The notes under the pieces: model-generated
Seen by the model: the letters and a program-made list of their open reading frames with translations, nothing else
What the model was told of the DNA's origin: nothing
The model's database searches: none
Program-made: the position numbers and the translations under genes
Origin: a candidate division CSSED10-310 bacterium
GTDB lineage: Bacteria > CSSED10-310
Direction of reading: 5' to 3'
NCBI GenBank assembly: GCA_016931515.1
Contig: JAFGEQ010000011.1
Location: forward strand, 488-64,487
Length of the DNA stretch: 64,000 nt
In this document: positions 10,630 to 19,846 of the stretch, piece by piece
How positions within the stretch are numbered: position 1 is the stretch's first letter
Layout: every line of letters begins with the position of its first letter

Positions 10630-12727
10630 ATGGTCTCAGCGGAACGTAAGCGGATGGACTGACTCAACATCCGCGGGGGTTATTATTGCGGTACTCGTAA
10701 TAATCTATGTCACGTTCTTCAATCCCATACTGCGTTATGACGGGATCCAATACATGGCTCCGGCTCGTTCGCTGCTTATCGACGGGAATCTCAATACTTA
10801 TGATGAAGGTGTCTATTACACACAGCCAGGATGGTCGGATGTATCCAAGCGAAAAATCACTGGGCGACCACCACCCATCATCAGTTATGTTTCCGCACCG
10901 GATTATACTTCCCGGGGATATCGGTTTGTTGTTTTCCCAATTGGTAATCCGATAATCTGGTTGCCGCCACTGGGACTGTGCCACCTCGTTATCTCCGGTA
11001 TCCCCGCACTTCAAACTCTGTTTCCTGCTGACGGTTTTTCTCTCCCATACCGTCTCGGTCTGGGTTGGTGGAGTTTTCTTATAGGAGCAACGGGTCTTGT
11101 CATTGCTTATAAAATTCTCCGAATCTGGTACCGGCCTGTTGTGGCGTGTGTTTCATCCCTCTTTGTATTTACCTCCGGAAATATCATTCAATTCGTGACT
11201 CGAGATGTCACATTCTCCCACTGCATTGATTTTCTTCTTATCAACGCATCGATAATGATGTTCCTGAAGCTGGCAAATGACTCAGAACAGAACCGACAAC
11301 CCATCGAATCACATCTGTTCTGGGGAATTCTATCAGGATATACATTTATCGTACGCTATCAGGATGTAGTTCTGATCATTTTACCATTGTGGTATTACAT
11401 CTTCGAGCCCGATCGTCACAAAGGGAATCGATGGCGAAATCCCATTTTGTTTTTGACCGGATTGCTTTTCTCCACCGGACTCCAACTTTTCTACTGGAAA
11501 ATTCTCTACGGCTCGTGGTTGATTTCAAACCGTCTGATGGGTACGGGATGTTTAGCATCATTCCAGCCTTTAAAACCGCAACTTCTCGATATGTTATTCA
11601 GCCGTTTTCATGGTCTGTTCAATTGGATGCCCTGGATGCTGGTTCTAACAATTGCCTATCTGCTTTTCATTAAAAGAAACAAACGGTTTGGAATATTATT
11701 CCTGATTATTATGGTCATTCAAACCTACTATATTTCAAGTCGTTCTGAATGGTGGAATCTGGGTTTCTCAGTACGGCGTTATGCCGGGTGGAATCTTTTC
11801 TTCATGATCGGTGCAGCTGAAATATTCTCGCGATGTGGACGACCTGTCGAAAAAATTGCCTGCACAACCGTTGTTGTCCTGACGAGTTTCTGGTCATGGC
11901 TGTTCCAGATCTGTTACCATTCCATGAGTCGTTGCGGCCATATATATAAGCACTTAATTCGGGATTCCTCGCCGTATCATCCCGTAACGTACCACCCCAT
12001 TTTGCCGTCGCGGATAGATGTCATCAGAGCCATTGTTCATCTGAAGACATGGTTTGCGGAATACACACTATTTCCAGGTATCGTAGAATTTTTCAAAACC
12101 AATTACTCACTCGTTGCCATTGCACTCCTATCGTGCCATATCCTGTTCCTGATCGTTCTGAGTATCTGGATCCAATACCTGAAAAAGACAACTCTACCTC
12201 TCCGGAATTTACTGGCTGTCAGCCTCCTCTTTATCCTGATCGTTTCGGTGTGGATGATTCAATCGGATATTCATTCAAAGGATGTCATCGTACATCGGTT
12301 ATCTCAAAACAGACGTAATGACATACATCAGGTTGTCCGCATTCCGGTTGCGTCGGAATTTATGGGAGAAAACGTATTTCTTGATCTGAGTGACGAACCG
12401 ATAACATTCACTCGTCCGGATCCGGTCAACGCACAATGGGGATTTGCGCTTCTCGGTTCCACTATGGGGAATGATAAAGCGACGGTTGCCGTTCGATTAA
12501 AGCGGGATGGAGTGGTGTTCGATGAAAAAAGGTTCGGCATGAAAGCAGGTATAACACCGGACGTTGTGAGGATTGAAGTGCCATGGAAGGAAGTGTCGGA
12601 TGATCGTTATTGGTACGTGATGCGTTCCGAACCGACGGATGAAAGTGCTGTGCCCGACTCTTGGGACATTGTCCTCATAGAGGGAGAAAGTGTTCAATTG
12701 GGAGCTTTTTGGCATTACCTGGATTGA
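10598..12727 (+). CDS. Polytopic membrane glycosyltransferase (GT-C fold)
   Basis: RYDG..Y...RSL.IDG loop after TM1, FPIG, many TM helices, LFSRFHGLFNWMPW, WW..FSVRRY. Start uncertain; ATG at 10598 chosen. Confidence 0.7.
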   Translation: MKTAPGLDSNEWSQRNVSGWTDSTSAGVIIAVLVIIYVTFFNPILRYDGIQYMAPARSLLIDGNLNTYDEGVYYTQPGWSDVSKRKITGRPPPIISYVSAPDYTSRGYRFVVFPIGNPIIWLPPLGLCHLVISGIPALQTLFPADGFSLPYRLGLGWWSFLIGATGLVIAYKILRIWYRPVVACVSSLFVFTSGNIIQFVTRDVTFSHCIDFLLINASIMMFLKLANDSEQNRQPIESHLFWGILSGYTFIVRYQDVVLIILPLWYYIFEPDRHKGNRWRNPILFLTGLLFSTGLQLFYWKILYGSWLISNRLMGTGCLASFQPLKPQLLDMLFSRFHGLFNWMPWMLVLTIAYLLFIKRNKRFGILFLIIMVIQTYYISSRSEWWNLGFSVRRYAGWNLFFMIGAAEIFSRCGRPVEKIACTTVVVLTSFWSWLFQICYHSMSRCGHIYKHLIRDSSPYHPVTYHPILPSRIDVIRAIVHLKTWFAEYTLFPGIVEFFKTNYSLVAIALLSCHILFLIVLSIWIQYLKKTTLPLRNLLAVSLLFILIVSVWMIQSDIHSKDVIVHRLSQNRRNDIHQVVRIPVASEFMGENVFLDLSDEPITFTRPDPVNAQWGFALLGSTMGNDKATVAVRLKRDGVVFDEKRFGMKAGITPDVVRIEVPWKEVSDDRYWYVMRSEPTDESAVPDSWDIVLIEGESVQLGAFWHYLD

Positions 12728-13971
12728 ACGTCCGAGATCCACTTCTCGATTTCCATTGGTTTCTTCGGGATCGCCGCTGATAGATTTATATGACCTTCTT
12801 CAGTAACCAGGATGTTATCTTCAATCCGAATACCCAGATTATTTTCGTGTATATACAATCCCGGTTCGATCGTCAGGACCATGCCCGGAACCAGTGTTTT
12901 GTTATTCCCAGATACGATATCGTGAGTATCCAGTCCGAGAGAGTGCGCGACTCCGTGAGTATAAAATTTATTAATATCCTTATCATCCGAGATTAGACCG
13001 AGTGTCTTCAATCCGGTGGCAAGCACGGTACGTGTAATATCATTAAGTTCCAATAATGAGATGCCTGGTTTAACGGCGCTGATAGTTCGTTCATTGGCTT
13101 CCAGAACCAGTTCGTAAAAAGCGAGCTGTTTTTTTGAGAAACGACGGTTGACGGGAAAAGTGCGACTGATATCCGCTGAATAGTGTTGATATTCAGCACC
13201 AAGATCAGTCAGTACCAGTTCATTTTTCTCGAGTGTCCGATCGAGTGATGAATAATGGAGAACCGTTGCGTTCGCACCTGAGGCGATAATCGTTTGGAAA
13301 GCTGGAAAACACCGTCTTTTATGAAGTTCAAAGTTAAAACATGCTTCCAGCTCATACTCAGTCGAACCGGGTTTCAATTGGTTAAGCAATCCATCAATAC
13401 CGGCGTGGGTCACGTCAATGGCTTTCCGGATGCGTTCAATTTCCAGTGGATGCTTGATTTCCCTCAATCCTGCCAGCAGAGAATGAGCTCTCCTGATCTC
13501 AACTTGAGGGTTGGTTTTCCGAATTTCCTCCACTGCCTGTAGCGTTTCGGACAAAGGTGAGTGAGGAGGAACAGGTTGAAAATCCAGATAGAGGTAATCT
13601 ACATTGGATAGGGTAAAGCCGATTTGCTTATTGAGATTCTCAAGTGATGTAACCGAGTCAATGCCGGTTATTTCCTTCACCTCTTCAGGACCGGGAAGAT
13701 AGCCGTTCCAGTGAATTTGCAAGGGGGTCAGCAGGATGACGAACATTGTGCAGGTGAGGTTATTGCCTGTTTTTCTGAATAAAATGGCTGCAGAGGGATT
13801 ATTATAACCAGTTAGATAATAAAAATTCTTATCCTGGCAGAACGGATAGAACGAATCCCAACTCCGTATTTTGGGGGAGGCGGCTGTGAGTAGCAATGCG
13901 CTTCTGTCGGGGAGAATTTCCAGCAGCCGTCTACGGTTTGCCGCGAAGAAATCTTTTTCAAAGGATTCCAT
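12715..13971 (-). CDS. pepP: Xaa-Pro aminopeptidase (M24B)
   Basis: QDKNFYYLTG, LHY, DLGAEY..YSADISRTFP, HSLGLDTHD, TIEPGLY, GIRIED. Confidence 0.95.
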   Translation of the reverse strand: MESFEKDFFAANRRRLLEILPDRSALLLTAASPKIRSWDSFYPFCQDKNFYYLTGYNNPSAAILFRKTGNNLTCTMFVILLTPLQIHWNGYLPGPEEVKEITGIDSVTSLENLNKQIGFTLSNVDYLYLDFQPVPPHSPLSETLQAVEEIRKTNPQVEIRRAHSLLAGLREIKHPLEIERIRKAIDVTHAGIDGLLNQLKPGSTEYELEACFNFELHKRRCFPAFQTIIASGANATVLHYSSLDRTLEKNELVLTDLGAEYQHYSADISRTFPVNRRFSKKQLAFYELVLEANERTISAVKPGISLLELNDITRTVLATGLKTLGLISDDKDINKFYTHGVAHSLGLDTHDIVSGNNKTLVPGMVLTIEPGLYIHENNLGIRIEDNILVTEEGHINLSAAIPKKPMEIEKWISDVQSR

Positions 13972-14001
13972 GATTCCTCCGGTTGTGTTTTCTGAGTCTG
14001 A

Positions 14002-14541
14002 TTAAAACTTAAAACTCATGCCGAATGTTGAGTTAACCCAGCTTGCGCGTGGGTTATTATCTCCAAATAATCCGGAATTATATATAGATTGAAAACGAAA
14101 TCCCCAACCTGAAAACGGTTGAAAATCAATCCCGCCGCCTGCACTCCATCCGATGTCATCCGAGTTGTCCCAGGCGATAACATTGCGATCGTGCTGGGAC
14201 GAGAAATATGTCGGTCCGACAAGTGCAAACAGCCGGAAGTATTTTGGGAAAGGATAATCGATAATCGCCCAGACGCCCAAGGATTCGATCTGGATACGGT
14301 AGTCCATTTCAGGGCTGTCGCACTGGAATTCCTGGTGGTAATAGGCAACCCGGACACCCAGATGTTGATTGGGAACATAATCGATACTGAGTCCGTAAAC
14401 GTACTCGTCGTCAGCCACGGAATCGAAAGATTCGGTGGGAATGCTGTTTCCGGCATCGAACGAAGCATACCATTCGTAAGCTTGGCTACTGATTCCGGGC
14501 ACGATGAGGATCAAACAAACAATAAAAAAGCGTCTTGTCAT
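14002..14541 (-). CDS. Small outer-membrane beta-barrel protein
   Basis: Signal peptide, amphipathic beta strands, C-terminal ...GMSFKF. Confidence 0.75.
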   Translation of the reverse strand: MTRRFFIVCLILIVPGISSQAYEWYASFDAGNSIPTESFDSVADDEYVYGLSIDYVPNQHLGVRVAYYHQEFQCDSPEMDYRIQIESLGVWAIIDYPFPKYFRLFALVGPTYFSSQHDRNVIAWDNSDDIGWSAGGGIDFQPFSGWGFRFQSIYNSGLFGDNNPRASWVNSTFGMSFKF

Positions 14542-14706
14542 AAATACCTCCAGACTTCATCCGATCGATATTACCTGATCGAGTTGGAAAATAGAAGTAA
14601 TATACGCGGATTGACCGGTCCATGTTCGCTTTTATTTGACCCGGCTGGTGCGGAATAGTAAATATGATAAAACCAATGATGGTTTTTTTATTAAAGGAGA
14701 TAATAA

Positions 14707-15930
14707 ATGCAGATTAGCAGAGACTTCATCAGTAAATTACCCAAATCGGAGCTTCATGTTCATCTTGACGGTTCTATTCGACTCACTACATTAATTGACT
14801 TGGCAAAAGCCAGAGGTGTAAGTCTTCCATCTTTTACTGTCGATGGATTAAAACAACTCGTCTTCAAAGATAAATACAATGATCTTGGGGAGTACCTGGT
14901 CGGCTTCGGATACACAACCGCAGTGTTGCAGGATGAGGAATCATTGGAGAGGGTCGCCTACGAGTTGGCTGAAGATTGTACAGCAGAAGGAATTCGATAT
15001 CTCGAAGTAAGATTCGCTCCGCAACTCCATGTCAGCAAACAACTTCCGATCGCGAACGTGCTTCAAGCCGTTGACCGGGGATTATCCCGATATTCCTCTT
15101 CGTTCAACAGTCGATTGGAAGTGACGAATGGATCAGAACCTCCCTTTCGCTTCGGGATCATCTGCTGTGCGATGCGGATGTTCAACGGTAATTTTTCCGC
15201 CTATTACAACCGGTTTTCAAATGTCCATTGTTTTTCGCCCGAAAAGCGTTTGTTCGGACTGGCTTCAGAAGAATTGGCAATGGCAGCCGTTAAAATCCGC
15301 GACGATAGTGGATTACCGATCGTTGGATTTGATCTCGCCGGTCAGGAGGATGGTTATCCTGCAGGTGACCATCGATCAGCCTATCAATATGCGCACCGGC
15401 ATTTTATGAAAAAAACGGTTCATGCGGGAGAGGCTTATGGTCCGGAAAGTATTTTTCAGGCTATTACCGATCTTTATGCAGACCGGATCGGACATGGATT
15501 CCATCTTTACTCAACCGATCATATCGAACATCCTGGAATACAGGATAAGGACCGGTACGTGGAGGAACTGGCCAATTTCATTGCAGACCGACGGATTACT
15601 CTGGAAGTGTGCCTGACAAGTAACTGCCAGACGATGCCATTTCTCAAGAGTCTGGAAGACCATACACTCAGAAAGTTCCTTGACAGCAACCTGAGTATCT
15701 CATTGTGCACGGATAACAGGACAGTATCTAATACGACTCTCACCCAAGAGATTGAACTGGCGGTCAAACATTTCAAAGTGGATCGGAAGCAGCTGAAAAA
15801 TATAATCATCTATGGATTCAAGCGCAGTTTCTTTCCCGGTTCGTATCCTGAGAAGAGAGCCTATGTGCGACGCGTAATTGATTACTATGAGAAATTGGAG
15901 AGGGAAGATCTTCTGAATCAGGGAGAGTAG
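14707..15930 (+). CDS. add: Adenosine deaminase
   Basis: PKSELHVHLDGS, GFDLAGQE, TVHAGEA, RIGHG, LEVCLTSN, CTDN. Confidence 0.92.
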   Translation: MQISRDFISKLPKSELHVHLDGSIRLTTLIDLAKARGVSLPSFTVDGLKQLVFKDKYNDLGEYLVGFGYTTAVLQDEESLERVAYELAEDCTAEGIRYLEVRFAPQLHVSKQLPIANVLQAVDRGLSRYSSSFNSRLEVTNGSEPPFRFGIICCAMRMFNGNFSAYYNRFSNVHCFSPEKRLFGLASEELAMAAVKIRDDSGLPIVGFDLAGQEDGYPAGDHRSAYQYAHRHFMKKTVHAGEAYGPESIFQAITDLYADRIGHGFHLYSTDHIEHPGIQDKDRYVEELANFIADRRITLEVCLTSNCQTMPFLKSLEDHTLRKFLDSNLSISLCTDNRTVSNTTLTQEIELAVKHFKVDRKQLKNIIIYGFKRSFFPGSYPEKRAYVRRVIDYYEKLEREDLLNQGE

Positions 15931-16487
15931 AACCAGCCTTTTTCCTTGATTTCTTTCAACCGGTTGATTTCTGTGGAGATGTGGGAGGGATCGCATCCCG
16001 TTGATGCTAATTCCTTTGCGTGTGATTCGAGTGCTTCAATACACGTTCCCAGTGAGAGCATATGTTCTTCGAGTTGATCAATATGCTCATTCAATAGAAG
16101 CTTGACATCCTGAAGATGGTCCTTATTGCGGAGTTGGATTCTCGAGAGTTCACCGTTTTTCAGACGTGTCAGATGCCGTCTAAACACAAAGATCGGTCCT
16201 GCGAACCGTTGCGTCATAATGACGGAATGGACAGCCAGAACGATGATGAAAATAATTAGGAGTCCCCAGAACGTGGCGTCACCCATGATGAACCGCCCGA
16301 TCGCTTCCATCTTATCGGTTTGACCCCCTTCGGTGTAATGAAGAATGTAGCCGATTGGAAGTGCGAACATCAGAACTAAAAACAAAGAGTATAACGCCAG
16401 ATAACTGATTACAATTCGTGCAAATCCGAATTGAATTCTGTGATCAACCAGATTTCTCGTTCTTCTGTTTCGATTCGCATTAACCAT
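15918..16487 (-). CDS. Two-TM membrane protein with HAMP-like/coiled-coil tail
   Basis: RRTRNLVD..IQ N-terminus, two TM helices, QRFAGPIFVF...LRNKDHLQD pattern. Confidence 0.6.
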   Translation of the reverse strand: MVNANRNRRTRNLVDHRIQFGFARIVISYLALYSLFLVLMFALPIGYILHYTEGGQTDKMEAIGRFIMGDATFWGLLIIFIIVLAVHSVIMTQRFAGPIFVFRRHLTRLKNGELSRIQLRNKDHLQDVKLLLNEHIDQLEEHMLSLGTCIEALESHAKELASTGCDPSHISTEINRLKEIKEKGWFYSP

Positions 16488-16582
16488 AACATGCCCTCAC
16501 AACCTTTTCTTTTCTCATTGCCGTGCCAGAAGCTTAAATCAATTACGCGTAAAGTGCAAATTGATTGCGTGAAGGAATGTGG

Positions 16583-16611
16583 TTGACATTTGAGTCTCTC
16601 AACATTACATT
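16583..16611 (+). promoter_or_regulatory. Sigma-70 promoter of fadL-fadD
   Basis: TTGACA-N17-TACATT upstream of fadL. Confidence 0.65.
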
Positions 16612-16674
16612 CGTTCCATTCACTCCAAATCTGGAGATGGGTAGCCGCGCGGGGTACATCAGGAGTCACACATT

Positions 16675-17964
16675 ATGCGCACTCTTATTGTCACTTCGTC
16701 ATTTCTGTTTATCACGATTATTGCAATTTCCACATCTTTAGGCGCTGGATTCAGCATCTATGAGCAGGGAGCCACAGCTATGGGTATGGCTGGCGCGTTC
16801 AGTGCCAAAGCGGATGATCCGACTGCGATTTTTTACAATCCGGCTGGTATCGGAAAGCTGGAAGGAACAAACATCTCTCTTGGATTGACCGCCATACCGC
16901 CAAAATCTACGATGGAAGATCCTTATGGACGGGAATGGGATACGGAAGATCAGTTATTTCTTGTTCCAAATCTGTACATTACGCACGAACTCAATGAAAA
17001 GATGAGTCTCGGTCTGGGCGTATTCGCTCCATATGGATTGGGCATGGATTGGGGCAAGGATAACGATTGGATCTACCGATATCTTATCCGCGATGTGACA
17101 ATAGAGACATTCTATGTGTCACCGGTATTCGCCTACAATCTGAATGACAATTGGTCCATTGCTGCGGGTGCGTTGTGGGTTAAATCCAACGTGGAATACA
17201 ATGCCTCCGTAGATATGAGTGCTGTTTCGGAAGCACTATCGGCAGCATTTGGAACCACTATTGTTCTGCCGGACAGTGAGATGAAGTTAGAGGGTGATAA
17301 TGAGAGCGGGGACTGGGGTTATAATTTCGGAATTCACGGAATAATCGAGAAATTGCATCTGGGTCTATCCTATCGTTCAGCTGTCGAATGCGCGTATGAT
17401 GGCGATGCCACATTTGATGTGCCGGCATCCGGATACGGTTCATCAGTGGACAGCATCGTTAATGGCTATTTCCCGGACACAAAGGGTCTGACGACGATTG
17501 AAATGCCTCAAAGCATTTCATTGGGTATCGGTTATGATGTCACGGAGAAGCTGTATACCGAATTTGATGTTGTCTGGATGGGATGGTCCAGTTACGATTC
17601 GCTGGATATCGATTTTGAGTTTGCAGGCTTGCCCGATGTCAGTCAGAGAAAAGACTGGGATGATGTGATGAGCTATCGTTTGGGAATGACATACGCGGCA
17701 ACGGAGCAACTGTCGTTGTATGGGGGTGTATATTTTGATGAATCCCCCATTCCGGACGATACACTGGATCCGATTCTTCCCGGAGCCGATCGCTACTCGT
17801 TTCAGATGGGTGCCGGCTATGACTTCGGTAACTTTGCGATCCAGGGATATTACATGTATCTCCAATTCGAGGACAGGGAGACGACAACGAATTATCGTGG
17901 CATCAACGGTGATTATGAATCTAATGCACACATGTTCGGAATGCAGGCAACCTATTCATTCTAA
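16675..17964 (+). CDS. fadL: OmpP1/FadL long-chain fatty acid outer-membrane transporter
   Basis: AGFSIYEQGATAMGMAGA..ADDPTAIFYNPAG, APYGL, C-terminal YSF. Confidence 0.93.
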   Translation: MRTLIVTSSFLFITIIAISTSLGAGFSIYEQGATAMGMAGAFSAKADDPTAIFYNPAGIGKLEGTNISLGLTAIPPKSTMEDPYGREWDTEDQLFLVPNLYITHELNEKMSLGLGVFAPYGLGMDWGKDNDWIYRYLIRDVTIETFYVSPVFAYNLNDNWSIAAGALWVKSNVEYNASVDMSAVSEALSAAFGTTIVLPDSEMKLEGDNESGDWGYNFGIHGIIEKLHLGLSYRSAVECAYDGDATFDVPASGYGSSVDSIVNGYFPDTKGLTTIEMPQSISLGIGYDVTEKLYTEFDVVWMGWSSYDSLDIDFEFAGLPDVSQRKDWDDVMSYRLGMTYAATEQLSLYGGVYFDESPIPDDTLDPILPGADRYSFQMGAGYDFGNFAIQGYYMYLQFEDRETTTNYRGINGDYESNAHMFGMQATYSF

Positions 17965-17980
17965 ATTGTTTTGATTATAT

Positions 17981-18008
17981 GGCAGGAATCATGGCTATGA
18001 TTCCTGCC
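17981..18008 (+). terminator. Perfect 12-bp hairpin between fadL and fadD (weak terminator or stability element)
   Basis: GGCAGGAATCAT-GGCT-ATGATTCCTGCC followed by only TTT. Confidence 0.55.
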
Positions 18009-18022
18009 TTTCGGGAGGAAAA

Positions 18023-19846
18023 ATGCACGAATTATGTGCAAAAGCAACGCTCGCAGATCTCTTTTTGCTGACAAGTGAGCGGTTTGCTCATCGTGGAGCA
18101 GTCCGTTTCCGCAGGGATGGCCGATGGACCGAATACTCATTCAGAGAATTGAGGGAGAGGGTGTTCGCATCTTTTCATGCTCTTCGGTACATCGGTTTGG
18201 CGAAGGGTGATCATATTGCGATATTATCAGAGAATAGGCCGGAGTGGTTTATTGCGGATCTGGCCATCCAGTGTCTCGGCTGTGCTTCGGTGCCATTGTA
18301 TGCAACGTTAAAAACTGACCAGATTCAATATATCATTCAGCAGAGTGAGGCGAAGCTGATCTTCGTTGAGAACCGCGAACAACTTGGAAAAATCCGTCAT
18401 TGTCTGAATGAACTTCCGAACCTGAAAAAACTTGTCGTGCTGGATCCGTTCGGTGTTGAGCTGGATGAAAAGGTCATATCATTTCAGGAATTCCACTATC
18501 TTGGAAAGGAATTGTTGAAGAAGGGCGAATCGGACGTTCTGGAGTCGGTGCAGTCCATCCAGCCCGAGGATCTTGCGAGTCTGGTCTATACATCGGGAAC
18601 AACAGGGCATCCTAAGGGTGTCATGCTGACGCATTTGAATTTCATGTCGGATATTATGAGTTTGAAACGGGTTTTCGAACTCTCCGAAGAAGATATAATC
18701 CTCGGGATTCTCCCGTTATCTCATGTTCTCGAACGATGTGGTGCATATTATACTGCCTTTCTGGCTTCCGGATCCATGTATGTATTCACGGAATCACTCG
18801 AAACAGTCGCTCGTGACATGACGGAAGTAAAACCAACGTTTATTGTGGCTGTGCCGCGTCTTTTTGAAAAGATCTATCTGCGCATCATCGACTCGGTCAA
18901 ATCCGGTAGTGGTGTTAAAAAAGCACTGTTCAACTGGGCTCTGCAAGTTGGACGTGCATATTATCTTGAGCATCGTGCATCCCCTCCCGGATTTGTTTTG
19001 CAGCAACAGTTCCGCTTAGCCAATCAACTCGTATTCTCAAAATTGCATCAACGGTTTGGGGGCAGGATTCGTTATTTTGTCTCGGGTGGCGCGTCGCTGG
19101 AGCCTAGAATAGCTCAGTTTTTTGCGTCGGTTGGAATAAAAATAATGGAAGGATACGGTTTGACCGAAACATCTCCAGTCAATACCGTGAACCATGATAA
19201 GGCTGTTCGTCTGGGTTCTGTCGGAAAGCCCATCGACTGTGTTCAGATCAAGCTGGCTGAAGATGGAGAAATCCTGATCAAAGGTCCCAATGTCACCCGG
19301 GGATACTATCGGAAACCGGAAGAAACTCAAGAGTTATTCGATGATGAAGGCTGGTTGAAAACGGGAGACATCGGTCGAATCGATGAAGACGGATTTCTAT
19401 GGATAATAGACAGGAAAAAGGAAATCATCGTTACCTCGGGCGGCAAAAATATCGCTCCCCAACCGATCGAATCGATGCTGACGTCAAATCCTTTCATCAG
19501 TCATGCGATGCTGGTCGGAGATCATCGAAATTTTATAGCGGCTCTTATCGTTCCGGATTTCGAAACACTCAGCAATTGGTGCCGGAAAAACGGACTCGGC
19601 GATCTCGATATGGAACAAATGATTAAGCACGAAGATGTATATAACAAAATACAGAGCGAGATTCAGGAAACCATTGCCGGATTGCCGCGCTATGAGCAAG
19701 CTAAGAAATTTATCCTTCTGTCAAATCCATGGACTATCGAAGGTGGCGAACTCACACCGACAATGAAGTTAAAAAGGCGAGTGATTTTAAGGAAATTCAG
19801 CTCGCATATCGAATCTCTCTACCGGCCGGACATCAGGCAACGGTAA
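18023..19846 (+). CDS. fadD: Long-chain-fatty-acid--CoA ligase
   Basis: YTSGTTGHPKGVMLTH, EGYGLTETSP, WLKTGDIG, DRKKEIIVTSGGKNIAP, LTPTMK. Confidence 0.93.
   Translation: MHELCAKATLADLFLLTSERFAHRGAVRFRRDGRWTEYSFRELRERVFASFHALRYIGLAKGDHIAILSENRPEWFIADLAIQCLGCASVPLYATLKTDQIQYIIQQSEAKLIFVENREQLGKIRHCLNELPNLKKLVVLDPFGVELDEKVISFQEFHYLGKELLKKGESDVLESVQSIQPEDLASLVYTSGTTGHPKGVMLTHLNFMSDIMSLKRVFELSEEDIILGILPLSHVLERCGAYYTAFLASGSMYVFTESLETVARDMTEVKPTFIVAVPRLFEKIYLRIIDSVKSGSGVKKALFNWALQVGRAYYLEHRASPPGFVLQQQFRLANQLVFSKLHQRFGGRIRYFVSGGASLEPRIAQFFASVGIKIMEGYGLTETSPVNTVNHDKAVRLGSVGKPIDCVQIKLAEDGEILIKGPNVTRGYYRKPEETQELFDDEGWLKTGDIGRIDEDGFLWIIDRKKEIIVTSGGKNIAPQPIESMLTSNPFISHAMLVGDHRNFIAALIVPDFETLSNWCRKNGLGDLDMEQMIKHEDVYNKIQSEIQETIAGLPRYEQAKKFILLSNPWTIEGGELTPTMKLKRRVILRKFSSHIESLYRPDIRQR

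Noticed and set aside
16515..16530. Possible sigma-54 promoter (TGGCACG on the minus strand)
   Set aside because: No TTGC -12 element at the required spacing; the same applies to TGGCAC near 34090 and 49336
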